Below, in pieces: positions 1-8,933 of a stretch of 57,683 bases of DNA (positions within the stretch are counted from its first letter, which is position 1; each line of letters opens with the position of its first letter). The stretch is taken from the IMG/VR virus record IMGVR_UViG_3300044971_000875, positions 1-57,683 of that record; one strand, 5' to 3'. The translations under genes and the position numbers were made by a program. Under the pieces are notes generated by a model. It did no database searches. It was not told the DNA's origin and saw nothing but the letters and a program-made list of their open reading frames with translations. The DNA is from a virus (taxonomy: Duplodnaviria; Caudoviricetes).

Positions 1-195
1 TCTAAGAAAAAATTTAAATAATCGCAGGGTATCAAACCATCTCTCTGGCTCCATATTGTCCATATCAAACCAGTGTTATTGGACACATTGGTCAAACCTT
101 TGTATCTGGGATATGGGGGATATCTGGAATACATGGTTTGTTATTACACTAGGGGTATTACGACATTCTTTGTATACCCGCCGATTTTAGGATAC

Positions 196-250
196 TAACC
201 GATAGTGCCCATGTTGGGCAGGATAAGGTTTGATAGTTCTATTTTGCGCC
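196..250 (+). repeat. Intergenic repeat copy 1 (hairpin + ATAAGGTTT + TTCTATTTTGCGCC)
   Basis: taaccgatagtgcccatgttgggcaggataaggtttgatagttctattttgcgcc aligns with 900-953. Confidence 0.75.
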
Positions 251-279
251 TTGCCTTTACCGCCAAACTTTGATACAAT
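251..279 (+). promoter_or_regulatory. Sigma70/SigA-type promoter, leaderless transcript
   Basis: TTGCCT(251-256)-17 nt-TACAAT(274-279); ATG at 286. Confidence 0.7.
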
Positions 280-285
280 AAGTAT

Positions 286-516
286 ATGTGGTGGTCATGG
301 GTATTAGCGGTTATCGGTGTTGCAGGCATATATTTTGTCGGCCGAAAAGATAAATGGGGATGGTTTGTTTTATTATTTAATGAATGCTTATGGATAGCCT
401 ATGCAATAATAACAAACCAATATGGTTTTATATTTTCCGCCCTTGCCTATGCAGTAGTTTACATTAGGTCATATATCCACTGGTCAAAGGAACCTGTAAA
501 TGAAATACCACTTTGA
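286..516 (+). CDS. Small membrane protein, PnuC-like (nicotinamide riboside transporter-like)
   Basis: Three hydrophobic helices, W..GW and Y..W pattern. Confidence 0.55.
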   Translation: MWWSWVLAVIGVAGIYFVGRKDKWGWFVLLFNECLWIAYAIITNQYGFIFSALAYAVVYIRSYIHWSKEPVNEIPL

Positions 517-694
517 TCAAATGATTATAGAAGCCAGAAATGAAAGACCTACAAACCTTACTTGGATTGAAAATGATCTTTGGTATGGATGGACATATAA
601 TGCAAAGAAAAACCTTTATTATTTTAATGATGTAGGCAATAAGTCTCTTATGGGGTTATGGGAAGAACAGTGGAAAAAGGAGTCAGATGACTAA
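500..694 (+). CDS. Hypothetical protein
   Basis: ORF overlapping upstream stop, AAGGA SD. Confidence 0.6.
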   Translation: MKYHFDQMIIEARNERPTNLTWIENDLWYGWTYNAKKNLYYFNDVGNKSLMGLWEEQWKKESDD

Positions 695-800
695 AGTTCT
701 TTGTTTTGATTGTGGATCTATTTTTACCGTGCCAGATAGGACAGATAGGCCTACTAAGCAATGCCCTGACTGTAAGGAGAACAATGAAAGATTTAGTTGA
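687..800 (+). CDS. Zinc-ribbon microprotein (37 aa, not in ORF track)
   Basis: MTKVLCFDCGSIFTVPDRTDRPTKQCPDCKENNERFS; two CxxC; AAGGAG SD. Confidence 0.7.
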   Translation: MTKVLCFDCGSIFTVPDRTDRPTKQCPDCKENNERFS

Positions 801-909
801 TTTAGCCATCTCAATGACAGAAATAGATACAGGTGTTAACTTATCACTTCAAGAAAGAGAGGATATGGTTAAACGTATAATGAAAAAGGTAGAGGATATT
901 AACCAATAG
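784..909 (+). CDS. Hypothetical protein (41 aa; start revised from 706)
   Basis: AAGGAGA SD before ATG 784; MKDLVDLAISM... Confidence 0.65.
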   Translation: MKDLVDLAISMTEIDTGVNLSLQEREDMVKRIMKKVEDINQ

Positions 910-953
910 TGCTTTCGTAGAGCACAATAAGGTTTTTACTTCTATTTTGCGCC
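900..953 (+). repeat. Intergenic repeat copy 2
   Basis: taaccaatagtgctttcgtagagcacaataaggtttttacttctattttgcgcc; hairpin differs in sequence from copy 1 but still pairs. Confidence 0.75.
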
Positions 954-985
954 AAACTTTTGTTTTTTAAAATTATGATAACATT

Positions 986-1086
986 GTCTTCTGCACCACC
1001 TCACCGTGGAGTCGCAGATATGTCGGGGGAGACAGCGACATTAAATAACTGGGATAGTCCTGAGCACGACTGTAAAAAACTGCTCA
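986..1086 (+). ncRNA. Candidate ~100-nt structured RNA (two hairpins + 3' pseudoknot)
   Basis: GC-rich island after TATGAT (974-979); stems 990-999/1006-1018, 1020-1025/1036-1041, pseudoknot 1055-1086. Confidence 0.55.
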
Positions 1087-1151
1087 TTTGCTTATATCGC
1101 AAAAAAATGGTAAGATTAATATACAAACATATATGATAAAATGGAGAAGAC

Positions 1152-1874
1152 ATGTTTAAAAAAAGTATTTTTAATAAAAAACAAAAACCAATTTTAAGAT
1201 ATGAGTCTGCCGTTCCAACTTATCCAAACTCAATAGTTCCAACAAAAAAAGTTGTACCAGATTGGTATAAAAAAATACCACAATATTATGATGATGTAAT
1301 GTTTAGTGATGATTTTAATATTAGGTCAACAGTTAAATTATGTGTACCATTTTTAGATTCATTAACTATTGGCTACGTAATGACCCTTCCTTTTGATCTA
1401 TATGTTGAAATAAGAGACGGGGTTCCATTTATTTTATGGCCAAAAGGTGCAAAAGGCACACCAAATGTCAGAAATAATGTAGCAAGTGAAAAACTTGTTC
1501 CAATTGGTCATTATCCTACAGAATTTGTTTGGCACCCAGGAGTTTCCTATGGCGTTCCAAAAGGATATAGTATTTTATTTACTCATCCACTAAATAGACA
1601 CGATCTTCCATTTACAACTTTAAGTGCAGTGCTTGATGGAGGATTGGTATTAAGCGAAGATGGAAATGTTCCATTTTACCTTAAAGAGGGATTTACAGGA
1701 CTCATTGAGCAAGGAACGCCAATAGCACAACTAATACCGTTTCGCCAAGAAGACTGGAACTCAGAAAAAACAAAAGGTCTGGTAGAAATTGGAAAGAGTC
1801 ATAGTGATTCTGCTAGTAGTGTTTTTAAAGGATGGTATAAAAAAACATTTTGGACAAAAAAACAATACGATTAA
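1152..1874 (+). CDS. DUF6065-related / dUTPase-like beta-fold hypothetical protein
   Basis: P.WYK, K.C.PFLD, HPLNR, GTPIAQLIPF motifs; similar to 17413-18198. Confidence 0.55.
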   Translation: MFKKSIFNKKQKPILRYESAVPTYPNSIVPTKKVVPDWYKKIPQYYDDVMFSDDFNIRSTVKLCVPFLDSLTIGYVMTLPFDLYVEIRDGVPFILWPKGAKGTPNVRNNVASEKLVPIGHYPTEFVWHPGVSYGVPKGYSILFTHPLNRHDLPFTTLSAVLDGGLVLSEDGNVPFYLKEGFTGLIEQGTPIAQLIPFRQEDWNSEKTKGLVEIGKSHSDSASSVFKGWYKKTFWTKKQYD

Positions 1875-1889
1875 ATTTTATATTACGTA

Positions 1890-1918
1890 TTGACATACCG
1901 TTATAAATTTGATATACT
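1890..1918 (+). promoter_or_regulatory. Near-consensus promoter, leaderless
   Basis: TTGACA-17 nt-TATACT; ATG at 1926. Confidence 0.85.
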
Positions 1919-1925
1919 GAATTGT

Positions 1926-2033
1926 ATGTCAGCCAATAAATTTGTTATTTGTGAAACATGTAGTAAGGAAATACAGGTGAGGTCAACAATGGCACATCAA
2001 ACTATTTATAATCATATGAAAACACATAAATGA
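1926..2033 (+). CDS. C2H2-type zinc-finger microprotein (35 aa, not in ORF track)
   Basis: MSANKFVICETCSKEIQVRSTMAHQTIYNHMKTHK; CxxC...HxxxH. Confidence 0.65.
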   Translation: MSANKFVICETCSKEIQVRSTMAHQTIYNHMKTHK

Positions 2034-2197
2034 GAAAACAAAAAAAAATAAAGGAACTTACCAGGCCAATAGATTTAGTAGTTCACACAAGATGTCCTGA
2101 AAAGTGGATGCTTATAGATAAAGAAACTGGAGAAATATACCAAGGTAATAATAGTGGATATTGGGATAGGCTTGATCCAGTTTTAAAAAATAAATAA
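2030..2197 (+). CDS. Hypothetical protein (55 aa, not in ORF track)
   Basis: ATGA overlap; MRKQKK...TRCPEKWMLIDKETGEIYQG. Confidence 0.65.
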   Translation: MRKQKKIKELTRPIDLVVHTRCPEKWMLIDKETGEIYQGNNSGYWDRLDPVLKNK

Positions 2198-2201
2198 AAA
2201 C

Positions 2202-2230
2202 TTTACAAAACAAGATAGGTGGGGTATACT
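2202..2230 (+). promoter_or_regulatory. Promoter, leaderless
   Basis: TTTACA-17 nt-TATACT; ATG at 2237. Confidence 0.7.
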
Positions 2231-2236
2231 AGTAAT

Positions 2237-2635
2237 ATGAAAAAAATAACTATAGTAGCAGTACTTTTAACATTATTGATTCCTGTATCTTCAGCGGAGG
2301 CTACAACAAAATCTTTAAATACTAAGAATAATAAAAATTCTTGTAAATTTATTAAAACAAAATATCAATCTGAAGTTATGCTTAATTGGGCTACTGGCAT
2401 CGCAACTGACGAAGATATGCTAAAAGAAACTACTCAAAACATAGCAATGCTATCTAAAAGAGAAAAACTTACAAGTGGAGCAATTAAAAATGTTGTAAAA
2501 ACTTGGATTGTTTCAGAACAAAATACTAAAATAGCATTACAAAGTAAAAATTTAGATGCAGTTATAAAATCAGTAGAGTTAAAGATTTCCTCTGTTGAAA
2601 AGTTTGACAAATTATGTAGGTCTATAAAGGCTTAA
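2237..2635 (+). CDS. Secreted helical hypothetical protein (start revised from 2219)
   Basis: Signal peptide MKKITIVAVLLTLLIPVSSAEA; two Cys. Confidence 0.7.
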   Translation: MKKITIVAVLLTLLIPVSSAEATTKSLNTKNNKNSCKFIKTKYQSEVMLNWATGIATDEDMLKETTQNIAMLSKREKLTSGAIKNVVKTWIVSEQNTKIALQSKNLDAVIKSVELKISSVEKFDKLCRSIKA

Positions 2636-2740
2636 AATTTTGTTAAACACTGGCAATCAAGTTTTTTAAGGTTTTAAACTAATAATTCCGTTATTACAAG
2701 TTTGATACCTACCCAGTCTATGATCTGGTATCATAGAATT

Positions 2741-2842
2741 ATGTATTGCGAATCCTGTGGCGGTAGACTGGTTAATGGAGATTGTTATAATTGTTTTAAA
2801 AATTCTAATGCTTTAAAGGGGTTTGAAGAAGAAGATGACTAA
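2741..2842 (+). CDS. Zinc-finger microprotein (33 aa, not in ORF track)
   Basis: MYCESCGGRLVNGDCYNCFKNSNALKGFEEEDD; -10-like TATCAT just upstream. Confidence 0.6.
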   Translation: MYCESCGGRLVNGDCYNCFKNSNALKGFEEEDD

Positions 2843-3050
2843 CTGGACCGAAGAACTTACAGATAAACAAAAACAGGATGTGTGGAATTTCATTGTTTTT
2901 ACTGTCAAAGAAATAAGAGAACAAATTGCTAAAGACATTGAAGCAACTATTCCGCTTTGGAAAGAAAAAGGATTATTGAAATCCCGTAGAACACAAAAAG
3001 CATTTGAAGCATCTGCTGCAATTGCTAGAGGAGAAAACGAAAAAATATAA
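2835..3050 (+). CDS. Hypothetical protein (start revised from 2823)
   Basis: MTNWTEEL...EIREQIAKDIE...AAIARG. Confidence 0.65.
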   Translation: MTNWTEELTDKQKQDVWNFIVFTVKEIREQIAKDIEATIPLWKEKGLLKSRRTQKAFEASAAIARGENEKI

Positions 3051-3751
3051 TGTCAATTACTGTTTATTGGGCCTGTATTGAAGAAGAATGGCTAAGGGCT
3101 AAAGAGCCTGAGCCAATATATAAACAATTTTTAAAAAATATAAAAGATAAAAATACAGTAGTAAATTTTTGCCCATCAGTAAAAGAATACATGAAAAATG
3201 TTTTTTCAATAGAATCCATATATGATTATAATTTTGAAATAAAAGATAATCAAACAGGTACATTTACTAATTTATACGATCAAGACTTTTTCAATAAACA
3301 TGTAATGGTTCGTTCAGAAAAAGAAAAACTTTTTTCATTTTTTCAACAGTTTATTTTTTTTACTGAGAAAAATTCTTTAAAAATGTCTGCAGGGATGCTG
3401 CCATTTTTAGAAGATAATGAAATAACTAAAAGATGCATACCAATTCCTGGAATTTTTGATATTGGAAAGTGGTTTCGTCCAACTGAGTTTGCTTTTTATT
3501 TAAAAAATAATTACAATAGATTTGAAATTAAAGAAGAAGATATTTTTCAGTATATTAAATTCTATACGGAAGAAAAAATTATTTTTAAACAATTTTATGC
3601 TAGCGAAAAAATTATGAAATATGCAGGAGACGTTACAAAAGCAAAAGATTATAGAGTAAATAAAACTAGACAATTGCAAAGTTATTATTCAATGCTTAAG
3701 CATAAAAAAAATATAATAAAAGAAATTAAAAATAACTTAATAAAAGGATAA
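3050..3751 (+). CDS. Hypothetical protein, distant relative of the DUF6065-like family
   Basis: CPS motif, PGIFDIGKWFRP; AT-rich. Confidence 0.5.
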   Translation: MSITVYWACIEEEWLRAKEPEPIYKQFLKNIKDKNTVVNFCPSVKEYMKNVFSIESIYDYNFEIKDNQTGTFTNLYDQDFFNKHVMVRSEKEKLFSFFQQFIFFTEKNSLKMSAGMLPFLEDNEITKRCIPIPGIFDIGKWFRPTEFAFYLKNNYNRFEIKEEDIFQYIKFYTEEKIIFKQFYASEKIMKYAGDVTKAKDYRVNKTRQLQSYYSMLKHKKNIIKEIKNNLIKG

Positions 3752-3753
3752 AT

Positions 3754-4713
3754 ATGGCTAATATAGTATTTCTTGGTAACTTTGAAGTGCCTTATAGTAG
3801 TGAGAATCATCATGCTAAATCTTTGGAATCTCTTGGGCATACGGTGCAAAAATTGCAAGAGAAGAAAGCGGGTAGTGCTGAAATATTAAATGCAGCACTA
3901 AAGTCTAATTTATTCATCTGGGTGCATACACATAGATGGCAAACTCCAGGATCTAGATCTATGACAGATGTATTAAAACAATTAAAGGCTGCTGGCATAC
4001 CAACCATGACCTATCATTTAGATTTGTGGTTTGGTATTGAGCGTGAAAAAGATTTAAAAAATGATGATTTCTATACAAACATAGGTCACTTTTTTGCTAC
4101 AGATAAGTTAATGTGTGATTGGTTTAATGAAAACACACAGGTAGAAGGACACTTTTTACCTGCTGGTGTGTATGATAAAGAATGTTATATCCATGAAGAT
4201 TATGATCCACATAACTTTGAAAATGATATTATATTTGTTGGTAGTAAGGGTTATCATCATGAACATAAATACCGACCAGAATTAATAGATTTTTTGAGAA
4301 ACACATATGGTAAAAGATTTTTACATGTTGGTGGAGATGGTGACACTGGAACTGTTCGTGGAGATGCATTAAACCGTATCTACGCAAAAAGCAAAATAGC
4401 AATAGGTGATAGTTTAAATATTAATTTTAATTATCCTTACTACACTAGTGATAGATTGTTTGAGAGTACTGGTCGTGGTGGTTTTACTATCTACCCTCGC
4501 ATTAAAGGTCTTGAGGAATACTTCAAGGATGAAAATGAGATTGTATTTTATGAACACGGCAACCTTGAAGATCTAAAAAATAAGATAGATAAGTATTTAT
4601 TAGACGGTATATCAAGAGAAGCAATCAGACTTAATGGGCATGAAAGAACAAAAAAAGAACATACTTACGTTCATAGATGGTCTGTAATACTAGAAACTCT
4701 AAACATAAAATGA
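3754..4713 (+). CDS. Glycosyltransferase, GT-B, CgeB/Glyco_trans_1_2-like
   Basis: DIIFVGS, SDRLFE..G.GGF, HTY.HR motifs. Confidence 0.85.
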   Translation: MANIVFLGNFEVPYSSENHHAKSLESLGHTVQKLQEKKAGSAEILNAALKSNLFIWVHTHRWQTPGSRSMTDVLKQLKAAGIPTMTYHLDLWFGIEREKDLKNDDFYTNIGHFFATDKLMCDWFNENTQVEGHFLPAGVYDKECYIHEDYDPHNFENDIIFVGSKGYHHEHKYRPELIDFLRNTYGKRFLHVGGDGDTGTVRGDALNRIYAKSKIAIGDSLNINFNYPYYTSDRLFESTGRGGFTIYPRIKGLEEYFKDENEIVFYEHGNLEDLKNKIDKYLLDGISREAIRLNGHERTKKEHTYVHRWSVILETLNIK

Positions 4714-5594
4714 AATATTTAGTTACTGGTGGTGCTGGTTTTATTGGGTCAAACCTTGTTGATAAGTTAATTAGTCTTGGTCACGATGTTATTTGTATTG
4801 ATAATGAGTCTGCAGAGTGCCATGAACAATTCTATTGGAATGATAAAGCACAAAACTATAAGTATGATATCTGCGATTATGATCTGGTTGCACCATTATT
4901 TAAAGATATTGACTGCGTGTTTCACGTTGCATCTGATGCAAGAATACAGCCAGCAATACTAAACCCTAAAAAATCTATTCAGTCAAACGCAGTAGGAACA
5001 GCCAATGTTCTTGAACTTTGTAGGGTTAATAATGTAGATAGATTAATTTATTCAAGCACATCATCTTCTTATGGCAAAAAAGCCTTGCTTCCAAACCAAG
5101 AAACACAGTCACCTGATCCATTAACGCCATACTCTGCTGCTAAAGTTTTTGGTGAAAACCTTGCAAGAGTTTACTATAATCTTTATGGACTAAAAACAAT
5201 ATCACTTAGATACTTTAATGTTTATGGAGATAGACAGCCATTAAAAGGTCAGTACGCACCAGTAATAGGACTATTCTTAAAACAATATCATGAGTCAAAA
5301 CCATTGACAGTAGTTGGAGATGGATCTCAGCGTAGAGATTTTACTCACATATCAGACGTAATACAGGCAAACATTCTTGCATCTGAAGTTGAAAATGGAT
5401 TTGGGGAAGTATATAACATTGGGTATGGAAGTAACTACTCTATACTTGATATTGCTAATATGATTTCAAATGATATTAAATTTATCCCGCCAAGAATTGG
5501 TGAAGTGCAAGAAACCCTTGCGTCTAACGCAAAGTTTAAAGATTTAACTGGATGGATGCCAAAGGTATCACTAATAGAATGGTTACAGAAATGA
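4710..5594 (+). CDS. NAD-dependent nucleotide-sugar epimerase/dehydratase (WcaG/GalE-like)
   Basis: GGAGFIGS, YSAAK (YxxxK), LRYFNVYG, RDF; ATGA overlap at 4710. Confidence 0.92.
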   Translation: MKYLVTGGAGFIGSNLVDKLISLGHDVICIDNESAECHEQFYWNDKAQNYKYDICDYDLVAPLFKDIDCVFHVASDARIQPAILNPKKSIQSNAVGTANVLELCRVNNVDRLIYSSTSSSYGKKALLPNQETQSPDPLTPYSAAKVFGENLARVYYNLYGLKTISLRYFNVYGDRQPLKGQYAPVIGLFLKQYHESKPLTVVGDGSQRRDFTHISDVIQANILASEVENGFGEVYNIGYGSNYSILDIANMISNDIKFIPPRIGEVQETLASNAKFKDLTGWMPKVSLIEWLQK

Positions 5595-6304
5595 CCGAAA
5601 TGAAAAAAGTAACGATAAATGGTGACTTTGAAATTACATTGCCAGAACATCGTGCAGCACGTCCTGATTGGTATCAACCCCATGGTTGGGAAAAGCCAAG
5701 GCTAAAACATATGTCAGAAAACATTTCATCTGGAGATGTTATGTATTATGTTGGTGCAGAAGAAGGAGAGATGCCTGCTTTGTGTCAAATGTGGGGATCA
5801 GAAGTTGTTTTATTTGAACCTAATCCAAAGGTTTGGTCACACTTTCCATTGCTTTGGAGTGCAAATAACTTAGAGATGCCACTGGCTTCTATTCCTGGTT
5901 TTGCATCTGATGTAGATAATAAACTTGCACGTATATATTATGATGCATGGCCTCCAGAGGCTGATGCTCCTATTGAGGCTTCACATGGATTTAAAGAACT
6001 ACAATATGAAGCAGATAAATATGGTCAAACAAAGATTGATACTCTTGTTTATGAAAAAGGAATGAAGCCACCAACAGCAATATCCCTTGATGTTGAGGGT
6101 AGTGAATGGAGGGTCCTAGGAGGGGCTGAGAGGGTCCTTAAAGAGCATAGACCCAAGATTTGGCTATCTGGACACCCAGAATTTATGATGATGTATTGGA
6201 AAGAATATCTGTATGATTTAAGACAATTTATTAAGGGTATTGGCTACAAAGAAACCTTGCTTGACTATCAGCATGAGGTACACTTATTTTATGAACGATC
6301 TTAA
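5591..6304 (+). CDS. FkbM-family SAM-dependent methyltransferase
   Basis: YVGAEEG, FEPNP, LDVEGSE..VL.GA. Confidence 0.85.
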   Translation: MTEMKKVTINGDFEITLPEHRAARPDWYQPHGWEKPRLKHMSENISSGDVMYYVGAEEGEMPALCQMWGSEVVLFEPNPKVWSHFPLLWSANNLEMPLASIPGFASDVDNKLARIYYDAWPPEADAPIEASHGFKELQYEADKYGQTKIDTLVYEKGMKPPTAISLDVEGSEWRVLGGAERVLKEHRPKIWLSGHPEFMMMYWKEYLYDLRQFIKGIGYKETLLDYQHEVHLFYERS

Positions 6305-7145
6305 AGCATATCTTTATTCAGTTAAACAAGAAGATTGTGCTGCTGATAAATGGGATTACGGTCTATTAAAACAATTTTTTAATAAAAATAATATCAAACC
6401 AGACAGGGTAACAACTTTGACTAAAGCAGACAGAGCCTTTGTTGTAATTCCTGGACCTCAAAATGTAGACTATGAAAATCAAATATCTGAAGAGTTAAAT
6501 AAAATAGATAGGGTGGTCTTACTTATTACTGGAGATGAAAGCGCCACTTTTAAGGTTGATAAGATAGAGCATAATAATATTGAGATTTGGATTCAATACC
6601 CGCACAGAAAACATTCACAATATAATAAATTAGCGTTAGGTGTTCCTCAACATTTATCAAATAATTTACCAGAGTATCAAGATAAATCGTATGATGTATT
6701 TTTTTCAGGACAGATAACTCATCAAAGAAGGCAAGAACTTGCAACCGTTATGCCTGAGATACCAAACTCTTTTTATAATCCAACTACTGGTTTTGCAGAA
6801 GGCTTAAGTCCGAAATCATATTACGATAAAATGTTTTTATCAAAGATTGTTCCTTGCCCTAGCGGAGCAATGGTTGTTGATTCATTTAGATTCTATGAAG
6901 CAATTGAAATGCTTTGCTTACCCATAGGGGATAGGTTAGACCCAAGAATGCGAAACACAGACTTTTTTAATTTTTTATTTGAGGGTAATCACAAAATAAA
7001 AACTTTTGAAAATTGGCAACTCTTTCCTGAATTGCTACCTGAATTATTAAACAATTACACATCGGATATGCATCAAGTTGTTTGTTGGTGGATTAAATAT
7101 AAAAGGGATCTTTTTATTGAGTTAATGAGGCAAGTAAATGCATAA
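6291..7145 (+). CDS. Exostosin/GT47-like glycosyltransferase
   Basis: YDVFFSGQ, CPSG, SFRFYEA...C.P. Confidence 0.7.
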   Translation: MNDLKAYLYSVKQEDCAADKWDYGLLKQFFNKNNIKPDRVTTLTKADRAFVVIPGPQNVDYENQISEELNKIDRVVLLITGDESATFKVDKIEHNNIEIWIQYPHRKHSQYNKLALGVPQHLSNNLPEYQDKSYDVFFSGQITHQRRQELATVMPEIPNSFYNPTTGFAEGLSPKSYYDKMFLSKIVPCPSGAMVVDSFRFYEAIEMLCLPIGDRLDPRMRNTDFFNFLFEGNHKIKTFENWQLFPELLPELLNNYTSDMHQVVCWWIKYKRDLFIELMRQVNA

Positions 7146-7899
7146 AAGAGATATAACAATTGTCATGGCTACCTCTGTAATTCCAGATCACCCAAGTACA
7201 AATATGATAGAGCAAACAATTAGTGATATTCGTGTTCACTTTCCAGACAACGAAATTATTATGCAAATAGATGGTCTTAGAGAAGAACAACAAAACCGTA
7301 AAAAAGATTACGATGAATATAAAAATCGTATTTTATGGAAATGCTTGCATGAGGATAAAAACATATTGCCTTTTGTATTTAAAGAGCATAGCCATCAAAC
7401 TAACATGATGCGTCAAACAATCAATGAAATTAAAACACCGCTATTGCTTTACATTGAAGGAGATGCCCCATTAACTCCAGATGTAGCAATAGACTGGGAT
7501 AAATGCTTAGACATGTTTGAGTATAATAAAGCAAACACCATTCGTTTTCATTTTGAATCATCCATACCGAAAGATCACGAACACCTAATGTTTGGTTTAG
7601 AAGATGGGTTTATGAAAACAATACAGTGGAGTCAACGACCACATCTAAGTAGAAAAAAATATTATAAAGATATAGTGCTTCCAAGATGTAAAGATAAATT
7701 TTTTATAGAAGATACATTTCATGGAGCAATTCAAGACGATATATCTCCGTATGAAGTGTTTAATCAAGAAGGTTGGGAGATGCATAAACTTTGGATATAT
7801 CACCCTGAAGGTAGTATTAAACGTTCTTATCACTTAGATGGTCGTCAAGGTACCCGAAAATTTACGGTAGACGATGAAACTTGGGGGTATAAAGAATGA
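7138..7899 (+). CDS. GT-A fold glycosyltransferase-like protein
   Basis: ITIVMATS N-terminal strand, YIEGD (DxD-like), HLDGR. Confidence 0.6.
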   Translation: MHKRDITIVMATSVIPDHPSTNMIEQTISDIRVHFPDNEIIMQIDGLREEQQNRKKDYDEYKNRILWKCLHEDKNILPFVFKEHSHQTNMMRQTINEIKTPLLLYIEGDAPLTPDVAIDWDKCLDMFEYNKANTIRFHFESSIPKDHEHLMFGLEDGFMKTIQWSQRPHLSRKKYYKDIVLPRCKDKFFIEDTFHGAIQDDISPYEVFNQEGWEMHKLWIYHPEGSIKRSYHLDGRQGTRKFTVDDETWGYKE

Positions 7900-8933
7900 G
7901 ACTAGGCATCATAGCAAGATCAGACAATACTGGTCTTGGTAATCAGACTAAAGAGTTAGTTAATATGCTCAACCCTGATAAGATTCTTTTAATTGACTCT
8001 ACCCCGTTTAATAATAACAAGCAACATCCACACTGGTATGACCAATACAGTTGTATTAAAACACAAGGTTTTCCATCTGTTCAACAGATAAAAATGTTTT
8101 TAGGAGATGTGGATGTTGTATTAAGTTGTGAAACTTTTTATGATCAAAATTTTGTAAGGTTTGCAAATAAACGTGGTGTAAAAACCATTCTTCAATATAA
8201 CTATGAATTGTTTGGTCACTTATCAAACCCAGAACTTCCACTACCGACTGTTTTGCTATCTCCCAGTTTATGGCAAATTGAAACAATTCAAAGTATGTTT
8301 GGAGATAGAACAAAGGTAGTTCATCTTCCGCCACCCACTACTCCTGAGTTATTTACAACTGTAAAAAATAATAACATTTCTAAATCACACAACAGGCTAT
8401 TACACATTGCTGGTAAAAAAGCAGCCAAAGATAGAAATGGTACTGAGACTGTAATAAATATGTTAAAACACTCTAAGTCTGATTATGAATTAGTTATTAG
8501 AAGTCAAAGTGAAATAGTAACTAATGTAACAGACTCAAGACTAAAGATTGAGATTGGCAATCCAGAAAACAGGGAAGATCTGTATAATGGCTTTGACGCT
8601 ATGGTATTACCAAGAAGATATGCAGGACTATGTTTGCCAATGAATGAGGCTTTGCTTTCTGGTCTCCCCGTTTTTATGACAAATGTTTCACCCAATAATC
8701 AGATCTTGCCACAAGATTGGTTAGTTGAATCAGATTCTATAGGAACAATTAGAACAAAAGTTAGAATCAATTTGTTTGAAGCAAATAATGTTTTGTTAGC
8801 ACAAACAATTGATAAGTATATGTCTATTATTGATAAAACTAGTTATAAACAACAAGCCTATGATTTAGGATTTAACCATTTTACGCCAGCAATATTAAAA
8901 AATAAATACTTAGAACTCATTTCTCAAATTTAG
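7896..8933 (+). CDS. GT4-family glycosyltransferase
   Basis: TGLG N-terminal motif; GLCLPMNEAL.SGLPV. Confidence 0.85.
   Translation: MRLGIIARSDNTGLGNQTKELVNMLNPDKILLIDSTPFNNNKQHPHWYDQYSCIKTQGFPSVQQIKMFLGDVDVVLSCETFYDQNFVRFANKRGVKTILQYNYELFGHLSNPELPLPTVLLSPSLWQIETIQSMFGDRTKVVHLPPPTTPELFTTVKNNNISKSHNRLLHIAGKKAAKDRNGTETVINMLKHSKSDYELVIRSQSEIVTNVTDSRLKIEIGNPENREDLYNGFDAMVLPRRYAGLCLPMNEALLSGLPVFMTNVSPNNQILPQDWLVESDSIGTIRTKVRINLFEANNVLLAQTIDKYMSIIDKTSYKQQAYDLGFNHFTPAILKNKYLELISQI

Noticed and set aside
22-195. Possible small gene or genome-terminus feature
   Set aside because: No convincing ORF, start signal or repeat can be supported within the window
706-783. 5' extension of ORF 706-909
   Set aside because: Better explained by the overlapping zinc-ribbon gene 687-800 and an SD-led start at 784
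990-1045. HDV-like/theta ribozyme (CCACCTCACCGTGG resembles P3-L3)
   Set aside because: Could not find a P1 5' strand or a correctly placed P2 3' strand; nested double pseudoknot not supported
1055-1086. preQ1-I riboswitch
   Set aside because: Similar topology but lacks the preQ1 loop consensus, and no queuosine genes are adjacent
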